A DNA stretch of 64,000 nt from Candidatus Omnitrophota bacterium (GTDB lineage Bacteria; Omnitrophota; Gorgyraeia; JABMRG01; JAFGKX01). The DNA lies in NCBI GenBank assembly GCA_043797125.1, contig JAZDPX010000023.1, forward strand, positions 67,098 to 131,097, in the 5' to 3' direction. A program made the translations under genes and the position numbers. The notes beneath the pieces were generated by a model that saw only the letters and a list, made by a program, of their open reading frames with translations, searched no databases and was not told where the DNA came from. Of this stretch, positions 27,093 through 38,159 are shown one piece after another; the stretch's first letter is position 1; each line of letters opens with the position of its first letter.

Positions 27093-29632
27093 GGGTGGGA
27101 CGTCTTTTTCTTTTTATATGTGTATTATTATGTGTCTTATTAGTTTCAAGCGGTGAGCTTTCTGCAGAGACCAGCCCTTATTTATTAGCAGATTTAAGTT
27201 ATGAAGTTATGCAGGGGCATGCCGACGTTATATTAGCAATCAACGAAAAAGTAGATTACATATATTCGCAATTTGAAGACCCCTATCGGATAGTAATTGA
27301 TCTGGTAGGGGTTATTTACTGCGAGCTCGAACAAAAAATCGAATTTCAAGAAGGGCCTGTTGAATCAGTTGCAATTGTTGAAAACAGCAATGCGCCAAGG
27401 CCCGAAGGCCTGGATAAATATTTTTATGCCGTTGACTATCTTATCATTCAATTGCGCCAGGGCTATCCGTATAATGTTTTTAGTTCTAATGACGGCAAGG
27501 TTATTATAGCCCAGGTAAAAACAGAAACGCCTGGCGCGCAAACTAGCGCAAAAGAAGAAACCCAGGCACTACCCTCTCTTAATAAACGCGATGTTCTTAC
27601 CATGCCTGCCAGAGACCAGGCGCAAATTATCCACAAAGAAAAACCGGCAATTTTGGAAGACCTTGAGTACGAGGTTAATCCTAATTCATCCATTGTTTCT
27701 ATCATATCCAGCAAGGATTTGCAAACAACTATTTACGAGCAGTACGACCCGTATAGAATAACAATAGTCCCTTCGTGCGATGTCTACTGCGAATTGCAGG
27801 AAATAATAGAGCCCATAGATGGTTTAATTCACTCAATATCAATCAATCGCGATATTTCTGATAAAGAACTGGAAAATCTGGATGAGTTTTTTTACCCGGT
27901 CAAAGACATAACCATCGAACCTGTAATACAGATACCCTTTACAGTGCACAACGCCGAGAGCGGGGCCATTATAATTGTGCGCTTGGAAAAACCTAAGGCA
28001 TCCGAAGAAAAAAAATTAGAGCTTGTTATGGAAGTGCCTCAAAAAAGCCAGGAGCTAGAAACGCCAGAGACAAAGGCGCCGGAACTACTCCAAGCAGGAT
28101 TAACAACGGATGATAAAGAAAAAATAGTCCAACAGATTACCGACAGGCTGCATGAAAAACAACAGCAGCTTTTTGATAGCAAGGAAGAACAAGAACACAG
28201 AGACAGGCTCATCAGAGAGGCAAGAGATAAGGCAATGGCTATCAGGGAAGTAGAAAAGATAGGCATGGAGCAGCTTGAGGATTTAATGGTAAGGGGCGAG
28301 GGGACAATTAAGCTTGGCTATTGCCAGGATATGGCCCTTTCATATAGCGAGGATGCAAAAGTAGCGCAAGAAGAGATCAAACTTTCCTCGATGAAGCTTA
28401 AAGAAAATTTCCGCGCGCTATTTCCGAACGTAAAGCTCAAAGGTTCAAAAACAACAGGGGATGTATTGGGCGTAGATTTTATTGAGAAGCTCTATGGCGT
28501 TGAAGCAGAATATCCTATTTATCAAGGCACAAGGCTCTGGAGCGCCTATCAGCAGAGCAAGGTTAATCTGAATTTATCTAAGGCGAGGTATGATAAGGCG
28601 GTTAACGACGTCGACTATAAAGCAGCGGATGCTTATTACAGCAGCGTTACCGCGACAATGAACCTGAGGCTTCAAAAAGAACTGCTTAAGAAAGCGGAAG
28701 AGATTTTAGCCATGGCCGAAAAAAGGCGCTCAACGGGCCTAAGCACGGATCTTGAGCTTTTTAACGTAAAATCCCAGTATAACCAGGTCCAGTTTCAGTT
28801 AGCGTCCGCGGAAAGAGACCTCGCCCTGGCAAAATTTAAATTAGAGCAGGCAATGGGATTTGATATTGCCAAGCAACGCATCGGCACGGAAGAAATAGAG
28901 ACAGAATTAAAATTTGAAATTGTCAGCATAGACCTCAATAAATGCCTGGAACTGGCGCAGGACTACCATCCCGACATCTTGGTCAACGAGTTATTGGTTG
29001 AGTCCAATGAATATGACGAAAAGATAGCCAAGTCCAAAGATGATTTTAAGGTGGATCTGACGGGATTCTACGGAAGGTCCGGCTCTCATTATGAAACAGA
29101 GCCGGATAAGATGGATAAAGACTGGAATGTGGGCGTTAAGGTAAGCAAGCCGTTCTGGGGCAATACCGCCAGCTATTCATTTACCAGGGAGGAAACAAAG
29201 AGAAAAGTGGGCCAGACCGACAGACAAGGCACGATAGTAAATTCCGGAGAATTCTCCATATTGGATGCCATGGATGTCGGTTCAGGCATGCAAGAAGCGC
29301 GCATAAAAAGGCATAAGGCGCAGAATGAGCTTCTTGAAACCCGCCGTCAGGTCAATATGGATGTAAAAGAGGCATATTACAACTGCCAGGAAGCTATAAT
29401 ACAGGTTAAAAACGCGCTGGAAAAAGTGAGGTATCAGAAAGAGGCTCTCAAAACCGCCAGGATGCAGGCGCAACTTAACGAGGCGTTGCAATCCCAGGTA
29501 ATTGAAGCGGAGATAAAATTGGCGGACGAGAGATCACAGCACATAAAGGCCCTGTCAGATTACAGTTTTTCATTAGTAAAGCTTAATAAGGCGGTGGGAA
29601 TAAAAGATTATTTTAACATGGAATCAAAATAA
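27093..29632 (+). CDS. TolC-family outer-membrane efflux protein with two N-terminal AMIN-like repeat domains (start probably GTG 27093 with RBS AGGAG, not track 27068)
   Basis: signal peptide MGRLFLFICVLLCVLLVSSGELSA; repeated ...DPYRIVIDLVGVIYCELEQ / ...DPYRITIVPSCDVYCELQE modules; C-terminal OEP repeats. Confidence 0.65.
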
Positions 29633-29636
29633 GGGG

Positions 29637-31094
29637 TTGAAAATGAAATTTTTTAATTTTTTTAAGAAAAAGTTTTCAAAGCCAAAAAACGAAATCAGAA
29701 AACCTTTTGGCGAAACGGCGCAGGAGCCTCCAAAGGAAATTGTCAAAAGCCCAGAACCACCAAAAGAAAAACCCTCGCCTCTGAAGGGGAAAATAACCCA
29801 GGTCCTTATGAAGCTGCAGCCAAAGAAAAAGGCGCCGACGCAGCAAAAAGAGCCGGCCAGGCCCCTCCCAAAGAGCCCGAAAAAGTTATTCGCCGCCAAA
29901 TTTAAACCCAGCAAGATGAAGCTTATGCTTCTCTTGGTTGTGTCCGCGATATTTTTAGCAGGGCTTGCCCTTAGAATTATTCCGATATACGTGCCTAAGG
30001 TTATTTCCGGCATCAAAGGAATAAAGGCGAAGGCCCAACAGCAGGAACTTGTAACCGCTCCGGAAGAAGCGGCCGAAGAGGTAGCTTCCGTAAAGGTCTA
30101 CAGGGTGGCGAAGGTGGACTTTATCGACATTTTGCCCGCGATGGGCACGGTAAAAGGCGACAGGGAGGTGGAACTGCGTTTTTCCGCCAACGGCATAATT
30201 GATTCAATTAATTTTTACGAAGGCGATATTATAAAAAAGGGCGATATCATCGCTACGCTGGACCAGAAAGAAGTATTGCTGAAGTTAGAATACGCTAAAA
30301 GCAAGCTAAAAACAGCGGAAGTGGCGGAAATGAGCTCGGAGAAAAAATTAGAGGTGCATAAAAACCTTTTCGAGCAGGGTATTATTATAGAATCAAAGCT
30401 GGATGAGGCCAGGTTAGAATATGAAAGCGATAAAACAAAAGTTGTCTCGGCTCAGAAAGAGGTGGAGTTTTCGCTGTCGGAGCTTGACAAAACGTATTTG
30501 TACGCTCCCATGGACGGAGTGATGGGGACAAGGGACGCGGAAGTCGGCGAGTTTGTCACATCCAATGTTAAAATCGCCAGCATATATGATGTTGATTATA
30601 TTTTGGTGGAATTCGGGGTAATAGAAAAAGACGTAAACAGAATAGCCTTAGGGCAGGAAGTCAAAGCGAATGTGGATACTTATCCCGGGGTTGATTTCGC
30701 CGGCAGCGTCGATAATGTTGCCCCGATAATAGAAGGTAAATCCAGGACGCTTACGGTAAAGGCAAGGCTTAAAAATGATAATCCGAAAGGGACGCTTCTG
30801 CCCGGAATGTTTGCCAGGGTCTGGGTATCCGTCTACGAAAAGAAGGACGTCATAAAGGCCCCGTCCGAATGCCTGTATGATTTGGACAATAACGGGGAAT
30901 TCGATTCTGTGTATGTTGTCGATGAAAACAATATTGCGCATGTAAGGCCTATAAAGATCGGCTATATAACTACGGATTTTGTGGAGATAACAGACGGGCT
31001 TAAAGAGGCAGAGCAGATTGTTTCCGAGGCGATGGCGGAATTGAAGGATGGCTCTAAGGTTGAAATCGTAGAGACGCAGGAAGCGCTGTTTTGA
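29637..31094 (+). CDS. RND efflux periplasmic adaptor (membrane fusion protein) with a Pro/Lys-rich cytoplasmic N-terminal extension
   Basis: N-terminal PKEIVKSPEPPKEKPSP low complexity, one TM, HlyD-like hairpin and beta-barrel, YAPMDGVMGTRDAEVGEFV. Confidence 0.75.
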   Translation: MKMKFFNFFKKKFSKPKNEIRKPFGETAQEPPKEIVKSPEPPKEKPSPLKGKITQVLMKLQPKKKAPTQQKEPARPLPKSPKKLFAAKFKPSKMKLMLLLVVSAIFLAGLALRIIPIYVPKVISGIKGIKAKAQQQELVTAPEEAAEEVASVKVYRVAKVDFIDILPAMGTVKGDREVELRFSANGIIDSINFYEGDIIKKGDIIATLDQKEVLLKLEYAKSKLKTAEVAEMSSEKKLEVHKNLFEQGIIIESKLDEARLEYESDKTKVVSAQKEVEFSLSELDKTYLYAPMDGVMGTRDAEVGEFVTSNVKIASIYDVDYILVEFGVIEKDVNRIALGQEVKANVDTYPGVDFAGSVDNVAPIIEGKSRTLTVKARLKNDNPKGTLLPGMFARVWVSVYEKKDVIKAPSECLYDLDNNGEFDSVYVVDENNIAHVRPIKIGYITTDFVEITDGLKEAEQIVSEAMAELKDGSKVEIVETQEALF

Positions 31095-31462
31095 AAAAGA
31101 ATATACTATTTACCATAGCAGGCCTGATTTTATTTTTAGCCGTCATATTTTTTTTAAAATATCCCCCGCAAACCGATAAAAGTAACCAGTTTAACCCCGC
31201 GGCAAAAACGCTTTGCGAATCAGCGGTTTCGTATATGGAAAAGGGTGATTTTACAATTGCGATCGAGAATTTAAAAAAGGCAATAAAAATAGACCCTAGG
31301 TATCCTAAGCCGGAATACGCCCTGGCGGTTTGTTACCTCCGCATGGAGCCGCCGGATTTAAATGCGGCAAAAGAGCATTATGAGAAATCAAAAGGGCTGG
31401 GTTATCATCCGCCGGAATGGTTCGAAAGGCATTTGAGGAAACTGGAAGGAAAAGAAAAGTAA
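31091..31462 (+). CDS. small TPR-like protein with an N-terminal TM or signal
   Basis: SYMEKGDFTIAIENLKKAIKIDPRYPKPEYALAVCYLRM. Confidence 0.45.
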   Translation: MKKNILFTIAGLILFLAVIFFLKYPPQTDKSNQFNPAAKTLCESAVSYMEKGDFTIAIENLKKAIKIDPRYPKPEYALAVCYLRMEPPDLNAAKEHYEKSKGLGYHPPEWFERHLRKLEGKEK

Positions 31463-31471
31463 AACAAAACA

Positions 31472-34400
31472 ATGGCGCTGCCTGATTTTGCGGTAAAAAG
31501 GCCGGTTACCACGGCCATGATTTTTTTATTTACGCTGCTTTTAGGGGTTATATCCTTAAGCCGGCTGCCTCAGGAATTGTACCCTCCGATAACATATCCT
31601 CAATTAACAATAGTCACATTTTATAAAGATGCCGCGCCCGAAGAGATGGAGATACTGATAACGAAGAAGGTCGAGGAGGCGGCCGGCACGGTAAGCGGAG
31701 TGCGCCGCATAAACTCAACATCAAAAGAAGAACTGTCTTTAGTTATAGCCGAATTTTCCTGGGGCACGGATATGGATTTTGCGGGCTTGGGGGTGCGCGA
31801 AAAGATAGACCTGATCAAGGAGTCCCTGCCAAGAGGCTGCGAAGACCCGGTTGTGATGAAATATAACCCGTTTGAGCTCCCCGTCGTAGTTTTGAACATA
31901 ACAGGAGAAGATATCGCCCCGGGAGATCTGCAACACACCGTAAGAAACATTATTAAAAATGAGCTGGAAAAAGCCGACGGCGTTGCGTCGGTCAACATCT
32001 TAGGCGGCGCGACAAGGGAAATTTTGGTTGAAGTAAACCAGGATAAAATGATGTCCAAAGGCCTCGCAATCACGGATATAACAGAGGCCCTGAATAAGGC
32101 CAACTTGAATTACCCGGCAGGGACGGTGGAAGAGCAATTTTACGAATACCTTATAAGGACAATGGGCGAATTTAAAGTGGTTCCGGAAATAAAAGAAGTG
32201 GTTGTCGGCATAGACGACAGGACAAAAAAAGACAGATTCCAGGAATACGGACAGGAAGACCAGAAGGAGAAACAGGAACGCAGCGTCCAGAATAAACGCC
32301 TTATAATGTTAAAAGAAATAGCGGCCATAAAAGACACTTTCAAGGAAAAAACCTCCGTATCCAGGTATAACCAAAAAGACAGCATATCCATCTCAATTCA
32401 AAAGCAGGCAGGCACAAATACCGTCGCGGTCGCCAACAGCATAAAGGGAGTTTTAAAGCAGCTCAAAGAAATGCTGCCTGCCGGCATAAAGATAAATCTT
32501 GTCTATGACCAGTCTAAGTTTATAAAAGGGGCTATAGCCGGGGTAGGGGATGCGGCGTGGCAGGGCGGCATATTGGCCTTTTTGGTATTGTATTTTTTCT
32601 TAAGGAATTTTTGGAGTTCGTTCATAGTAACCCTTAATATCCCCATTTCGATTATGGTTACTTTCGCCCTTATGTATTTCAGCGGCATTACGTTGAATAT
32701 GATATCTTTAGGAGGCCTTGCGTTAGGCGTAGGCATGCTGGTGGATGCCGGCATCGTTGTAATAGAAAATATATATAGGCATACCCAGGAAGGCAAAAGT
32801 TCGAAAGAGGCAAGCATATACGGCACAAACGAAGTCGCAGGGGCGATAGCGGGTTCTATCCTGACCACAATAGCGGTTTTTTTGCCGATGATATTTGTGA
32901 TAGGAATAGCCGGGCAGTTGTTTAAGGAGCTGGCCTTTACCGTAACATTTTCTCTTTTGGCTTCATGGGCAGTGTCTTTGACGCTTATGCCGCTTTTCGC
33001 TTCCCGCCAACGGCGCATACCTGAAGTTGAAAAAACCAAGAATCAGACAGGGGCGTTGGTTAACATCCTTGACAACATACACAAATTAAACGATAAGGCG
33101 CTTCTTATCTTTTTAAACCACAAAGCAATTGCCCTGACAGCCGTATTTTTTATATTTTTAACAGCCTGTGTTTTATTGCCGTTTATAGATAAGGAATTAT
33201 TACCGCGCGTAGACCAAGGGCAATTTATAATAAAGCTTAATATGCCCCCAGGCACGAAACTCGAGACCACAGATTCGGTGGCGAAGAAAATAGAAAATAG
33301 TTTATTTGATTGCACGGAGGTTAAAGAAGTAACGGTGAGCATAGGTTCCAGCAAGGAAAAAAAAGGCGAACAGCTGCTTGAAACTATGGGGCCGCATCAG
33401 GGGCAGATAATAGTTACGTTAAAACCAAAAGCCCGCCTGGGCAGAACCGGAGCGGGGTATCGCACAAAATCCACTTCACAGGTTGTGCAGAGGCTAAAAA
33501 GTTCGCTTAGCGGGCAAAATCTGTCGGGCGCGGACGTTAATTATATATTGCAGGAGAGCATCTTCGGCGGGGCATTTCAGTCGGGTAAGCCGATTGTGAT
33601 AGAGGTTAAGGGGCAGGAAATAGCGAAACTAAAGGAAATTTGTGACGAGATAAAAACAGAATTAAAAAGAATAACCGGCCTTTACGGGATAGAAGACGAC
33701 CTTGTTCCCGCCTCCCCCGAAATCAAAGCGAATGTGAACAAAGAAAAGGCCTCTAACTACAATCTTTCAGTAAGCGATATAGCGTTGACGGCGCAGACCG
33801 CGGTCAAGGGTTATACGGCCACCAAATTTAAACAGGAAGGAAGAGAGATAGATATAACCGTAAGGCTAAGAGAAAAAGACCGCAATAGAATGGAAAAGGT
33901 AAGGCGGCTAAGCCTGCATTCGCCGTTGGGTATGGATGTGCCTTTGGCCGAAGTCGCGTATTTAACAAAGGGCACAGGCCCTACGGAAATAAAAAGGCTG
34001 GATCAGCAAAGAACCGTCTTGATAACCGCCAGCATACTTAACAGAAGTTTTAACGAGGCATCTTCGGATGTTGAATCTGCGCTGAAAAAAATAAAAACCC
34101 ATCGCGGGTATTCGGTAGAATTAACCGGCGAAAAACAGGAAATGCGGGAATCATTCAGCAGCTTAATGTTCGCGCTGATACTTTCGGTTGTTTTGGTTTA
34201 CATGATTATGGCCGCGCAATTCGAATCTCTGTGGCAGCCGGTTATTATAATGTTTACCATACCATTGTCCCTGATAGGCGTCATACTGGTGCTTTTTGTG
34301 ACCCATACCCCCATAAACGCGATGGTTATTCTTGGCGTTATTATATTAGGCGGCGTAGTGGTGGATAACGCCATCGTGCTTATAGATTATGTAAATACAC

Positions 34401-35053
34401 TTAGAAAAGAAGGGCTGCCTGTTTATGAAGCCTTGGTTAAAGCAAGCCATACAAGGCTCAGGCCGATTCTTATGACTTCGCTTACGACAATTTTCGGCCT
34501 GATACCTCTTGGCCTCGGAATAGGCGAGGGCGCGGAGCTGCAGCGGCCCATGGCCATAACGATTATGGGAGGCCTTACAGTGGCCACCTTTTTCTCTTTA
34601 GTCGTAATTCCCACTTTATACCTGAGCTTTGAGGGCATCGGAGCAAGGTTTAGAAGGCCGCAGCCAGTTGTAGAAGCGGCGGAAGAAAAGCCTTCCGAAC
34701 CCATGCCCATGGAAATAAAACCTCCGCAGAAATTTGAAATACTTCTGCCTCCGAAAGAAGAGCCAAAAAAGCTAATAGAACTTCCTCCACCGGCAAAAGA
34801 AACACCGACGCCCGCTACCGCAGAAAGAGGCGGCATTCCAGTTGAAATATGGAATTCCTTAACAACAAGGCAGCAGGAGTTGGTAGAATATTTAAGGAAG
34901 AACCTTAAGGTTACAAGAAAACAATATTCTGATATCTTCAATATTTCCATACCCACCGCAGCCAGAGACCTGAAATTCCTTACGGACAGCAATATCCTGG
35001 AATTTAAGGGCCCGGCAGGGCCTGGCAGATATTATATGCTTAAAGGACTTTGA
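31472..35053 (+). CDS. RND (AcrB/HAE1-type) efflux permease with an ~180-aa C-terminal tail ending in a DeoR-like winged-helix motif
   Basis: 12-TM AcrB architecture (MALPDFAVKRPVTTAMIF..., DNAIVVIENIYRH); tail ...TRQQELVEYLRKNLKVTRKQYSDIFNISIPTAARDLKFLTDSNILEFKG. Confidence 0.85.
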   Translation: MALPDFAVKRPVTTAMIFLFTLLLGVISLSRLPQELYPPITYPQLTIVTFYKDAAPEEMEILITKKVEEAAGTVSGVRRINSTSKEELSLVIAEFSWGTDMDFAGLGVREKIDLIKESLPRGCEDPVVMKYNPFELPVVVLNITGEDIAPGDLQHTVRNIIKNELEKADGVASVNILGGATREILVEVNQDKMMSKGLAITDITEALNKANLNYPAGTVEEQFYEYLIRTMGEFKVVPEIKEVVVGIDDRTKKDRFQEYGQEDQKEKQERSVQNKRLIMLKEIAAIKDTFKEKTSVSRYNQKDSISISIQKQAGTNTVAVANSIKGVLKQLKEMLPAGIKINLVYDQSKFIKGAIAGVGDAAWQGGILAFLVLYFFLRNFWSSFIVTLNIPISIMVTFALMYFSGITLNMISLGGLALGVGMLVDAGIVVIENIYRHTQEGKSSKEASIYGTNEVAGAIAGSILTTIAVFLPMIFVIGIAGQLFKELAFTVTFSLLASWAVSLTLMPLFASRQRRIPEVEKTKNQTGALVNILDNIHKLNDKALLIFLNHKAIALTAVFFIFLTACVLLPFIDKELLPRVDQGQFIIKLNMPPGTKLETTDSVAKKIENSLFDCTEVKEVTVSIGSSKEKKGEQLLETMGPHQGQIIVTLKPKARLGRTGAGYRTKSTSQVVQRLKSSLSGQNLSGADVNYILQESIFGGAFQSGKPIVIEVKGQEIAKLKEICDEIKTELKRITGLYGIEDDLVPASPEIKANVNKEKASNYNLSVSDIALTAQTAVKGYTATKFKQEGREIDITVRLREKDRNRMEKVRRLSLHSPLGMDVPLAEVAYLTKGTGPTEIKRLDQQRTVLITASILNRSFNEASSDVESALKKIKTHRGYSVELTGEKQEMRESFSSLMFALILSVVLVYMIMAAQFESLWQPVIIMFTIPLSLIGVILVLFVTHTPINAMVILGVIILGGVVVDNAIVLIDYVNTLRKEGLPVYEALVKASHTRLRPILMTSLTTIFGLIPLGLGIGEGAELQRPMAITIMGGLTVATFFSLVVIPTLYLSFEGIGARFRRPQPVVEAAEEKPSEPMPMEIKPPQKFEILLPPKEEPKKLIELPPPAKETPTPATAERGGIPVEIWNSLTTRQQELVEYLRKNLKVTRKQYSDIFNISIPTAARDLKFLTDSNILEFKGPAGPGRYYMLKGL

Positions 35054-38000
35054 CCATGGGCCTTCCGCAAGTTTCCGTCAACCGGCCTGTAACCATATTA
35101 ATGATATTCTCGGCAGTTATTATGGTCGGGACTATCGGCCTTCTGCATTTGCCTATCGAACTTCTACCGAATTTTAGTTTCGGCGACATATCTATTTTTA
35201 TAAATATACGCGGCGGAATACCGCCGGAAGAAGTAGAAGCCCAGGTAAGCGTGCCCATAGAAGATGCCGTAGGCAGCGTAAGCCACCTGCGAGACTTGGT
35301 CTCCATATCGGAAGAGGGACAGTCAAGAGTTGTAATGCGATTTGAGCCGGGCATAAACATGGATTACGCCGCCTTAGAGGTGAGAGAAAAATTCGGCAGG
35401 ATAAGAAGCAAGCTCCCAAAACAGATAGAAAAGCCCGTCATAGCCAAATTTGAGCAGCAGGATTACCCTATCCTGATAACCGCTGTTACCGGCGGAATAA
35501 ACTACACGCCGGAGGCGCTAAGAAAGATAGTTGACGAGACCATAAAAGAACAGATATTACGGGTTGAGGGCGTCGCCAATGTTGACGTAGGGGGAGGCAG
35601 AGAGCGCAAAATTTTAGTGGAGGTTGACCAGACGAAACTTCAGGCCTACAGGCTGCCCATAGGCAAAGTAATAAATGCCTTAAATTTGAATAACCTCGAT
35701 TTGCTTTTAGGGGAACTTGAAAGAAAGAGGGATAAATACCTTATACGCGTCCTGGGCGGCTTCAGGAATATCGATGATATAAAGTCTGTCGGCGTGGCGA
35801 CTACGCCGAGCGGCTCTATCATTAAAGTCAGCGACGTAGCAGAGGTCAAAGATTCGTATCTTGAGGCAACCAGTTATGCGAGGGTCAATGTGTTGCCCGT
35901 AGTATCTTTATATATTCAAAAAGAATCGCAGGCAAACACAGTCGAGGTGATAAGAAAGATACAAAAAGTAAAGGAAGCCCTGACATTCGGCGTGCTTGAT
36001 AAAAGAATTAGGTTGATAGATACTTACAACCAGGCCAACTCAATAATCCAGGCTATTGACGGCGTAAAGACGAGCTTGATATATGGGGCATTTTTGGCCA
36101 TTCTGGTGCTGTGGTTATTTTTGAGGGATGCCCGCTCTACCTTTATTATCGCTACGGCCATTCCCATTTCGGTTATCGGCACTTTTATCCTTATGTTTTT
36201 TCAGAAGATAACATTGAATGTTATGACATTAAGCGGCCTGGCTATCGGCGTGGGCATGCTTGTCGATAATGCCATTGTGGTATTGGAGAATATATCGACG
36301 CTGAAGGAAAAAGCCGTAGAGAGGGTAAAGGCATCGATAGACGGCTGCCAAGAGATGACCCTGGCCATTGTAGCCTCTACCCTGACTACAGTCGTTGTGT
36401 TTTTGCCGATCGTCTTTGTAAATAAAGAGATACGCATTCTATACAGCGGCCTGGCATTTACAGTAGCCTATTCTTTATTAGCCTCTTTGATCGTCGCGCT
36501 TACCCTTGTGCCTATGTTATCGGCGCGGCTGCCCGCCTTGCGTTTGATCAGGCGCAAGAGTCCGCCGCGGGCAAAAAGGCGGTTACGCGCTAAAACCTTC
36601 CTGACATTTTTCAAAAGGGCGTATCGTAAAATGCTGGCAGGCGCGTTAAGGTGGCGTTATATACTGCTCGCGGTTGCATTTTGTATTTTTGCCGTAGCGG
36701 TTTTTTTAATAGTATTTAAGATTGACAAGGAATTTGTGGGCACAACCGAACAGCAGGATTTTACCATATTTATAGAATTGCCGACGGGAGCAAAATTAGA
36801 CATTTCCGACAAGGCGGTAAAGGGCGTTGAGGAGATATTGCAGACGATCCCAGAGATTAAGCAGTTTTCATCCAGGGTCGAAAAATGGTCGTCCAAGGTT
36901 TATTGTAAATTGGTCCCAATGGGGCAACGTTCGCGTTCCACAAAAGACATTATAGACGATTTAAGGACCAGGATAGAGGACGTGGAAAGAAAATACAGAG
37001 AGGCATTCATATATTTTGAAGAGCCGCAGGAAGTCGAGACAAACGAGATTATTGTCGAGATATTCGGTTATGATTACAAGGTCCTGAATGAGCTCGCGAT
37101 AGAGATGCTTACCAAGATGCAGTCCGTGGACGGCCTGGTTGATTTGAAAATTAGATGGAGAAAAGGTCGCCCCGAATGGTGGATTATGGTAAACAGGCAG
37201 AAGGCGGCGCTGTATGGTTTTTCCGTCGACGAAATTGCCAATACCGTCCACGCCCAGATGAGGGGCCTAAGGGCTACGTTATATCATACCGAAGGCAAGG
37301 AAGTTGAAGTTATCGCGAGACTGCAGGAGAAAGACCGCCGCACGCTGGATGCCTTGCGTAAGCTTACCATGATAAGGCAGGACGGGACGGCGGTTTATCT
37401 TGATCAGATGGTGGATTTCTCGCCGGATATGGGCCCGAGCAAAATATGGAGAAAAAATAAATCCAGGATGATTCAGATAAGCGCAAACAGGGGAAGGCTC
37501 GCGTTCGGAACAGCGGCGCAAAAGATTAAAAAGGCGCTGGCTGATATGAAAATGCCGAAGGATTATTATTATAGCTTCGGGGAGAATTACTGGAGAATGA
37601 TACAGAATCAAAAGGAACTTATGTTTGCCCTCAGCCTCACTATTGTATTGATCTATCTGGTGCTGGCTTCCTTATTCGAGTCATACGCGCAGCCGTTTAT
37701 CATAATGATAACAGTTCCGTTAGCGGCTATCGGTGTCTCGGCAGCTTTGCTTATCACTAAAAAGACAATAAACGTCGGTATGCTAATGGGCGCAATTATG
37801 CTCGGGGGAATAGTGGTGAATAATGCAATTATACTTGTCGATTATATTAACCGGTTAAGAGAAAAAAAGATAGCGTTTTTAAAGTGTATTTTGAAGGCCT
37901 CGCAGGACAGGCTAAGGCCTATTATGATGACCACCGGCACAACTGTTTTAGGGCTTCTTCCTATGGCAATGGATAAAAGCGAACAAGCCAACCTTTGGTC

Positions 38001-38136
38001 ACCGCTGGCTATAACTGTTATGGGCGGACTTATTAGCTCAACAGCATTAACCTTATTTATAGTTCCTGGTATGTACCTAATTTTCGGTGATATCGGCAGA
38101 TATATCTCGTTTAATACAAAGAAGTTATGGAAATGA
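35050..38136 (+). CDS. second RND (AcrB-type) efflux permease, overlaps upstream gene by 4 nt
   Basis: MGLPQVSVNRPVTILMIF..., two large periplasmic loops, 12 TM. Confidence 0.85.
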   Translation: MTMGLPQVSVNRPVTILMIFSAVIMVGTIGLLHLPIELLPNFSFGDISIFINIRGGIPPEEVEAQVSVPIEDAVGSVSHLRDLVSISEEGQSRVVMRFEPGINMDYAALEVREKFGRIRSKLPKQIEKPVIAKFEQQDYPILITAVTGGINYTPEALRKIVDETIKEQILRVEGVANVDVGGGRERKILVEVDQTKLQAYRLPIGKVINALNLNNLDLLLGELERKRDKYLIRVLGGFRNIDDIKSVGVATTPSGSIIKVSDVAEVKDSYLEATSYARVNVLPVVSLYIQKESQANTVEVIRKIQKVKEALTFGVLDKRIRLIDTYNQANSIIQAIDGVKTSLIYGAFLAILVLWLFLRDARSTFIIATAIPISVIGTFILMFFQKITLNVMTLSGLAIGVGMLVDNAIVVLENISTLKEKAVERVKASIDGCQEMTLAIVASTLTTVVVFLPIVFVNKEIRILYSGLAFTVAYSLLASLIVALTLVPMLSARLPALRLIRRKSPPRAKRRLRAKTFLTFFKRAYRKMLAGALRWRYILLAVAFCIFAVAVFLIVFKIDKEFVGTTEQQDFTIFIELPTGAKLDISDKAVKGVEEILQTIPEIKQFSSRVEKWSSKVYCKLVPMGQRSRSTKDIIDDLRTRIEDVERKYREAFIYFEEPQEVETNEIIVEIFGYDYKVLNELAIEMLTKMQSVDGLVDLKIRWRKGRPEWWIMVNRQKAALYGFSVDEIANTVHAQMRGLRATLYHTEGKEVEVIARLQEKDRRTLDALRKLTMIRQDGTAVYLDQMVDFSPDMGPSKIWRKNKSRMIQISANRGRLAFGTAAQKIKKALADMKMPKDYYYSFGENYWRMIQNQKELMFALSLTIVLIYLVLASLFESYAQPFIIMITVPLAAIGVSAALLITKKTINVGMLMGAIMLGGIVVNNAIILVDYINRLREKKIAFLKCILKASQDRLRPIMMTTGTTVLGLLPMAMDKSEQANLWSPLAITVMGGLISSTALTLFIVPGMYLIFGDIGRYISFNTKKLWK

Positions 38137-38157
38137 TACGGTTATGATACGGTTGTA
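38134..38157 (+). repeat. ATGATACGGTT x2 direct repeat overlapping the RND stop codon (24-mer identical to 11074-11097)
   Basis: read directly. Confidence 0.7.
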
Positions 38158-38159
38158 GC

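Noticed and set aside
31621-37611. Minus-strand ORFs inside the two RND genes (e.g. 32503-33039, 34423-34992, 37279-37611)
   Set aside because: They are antisense to well-supported AcrB-type genes.
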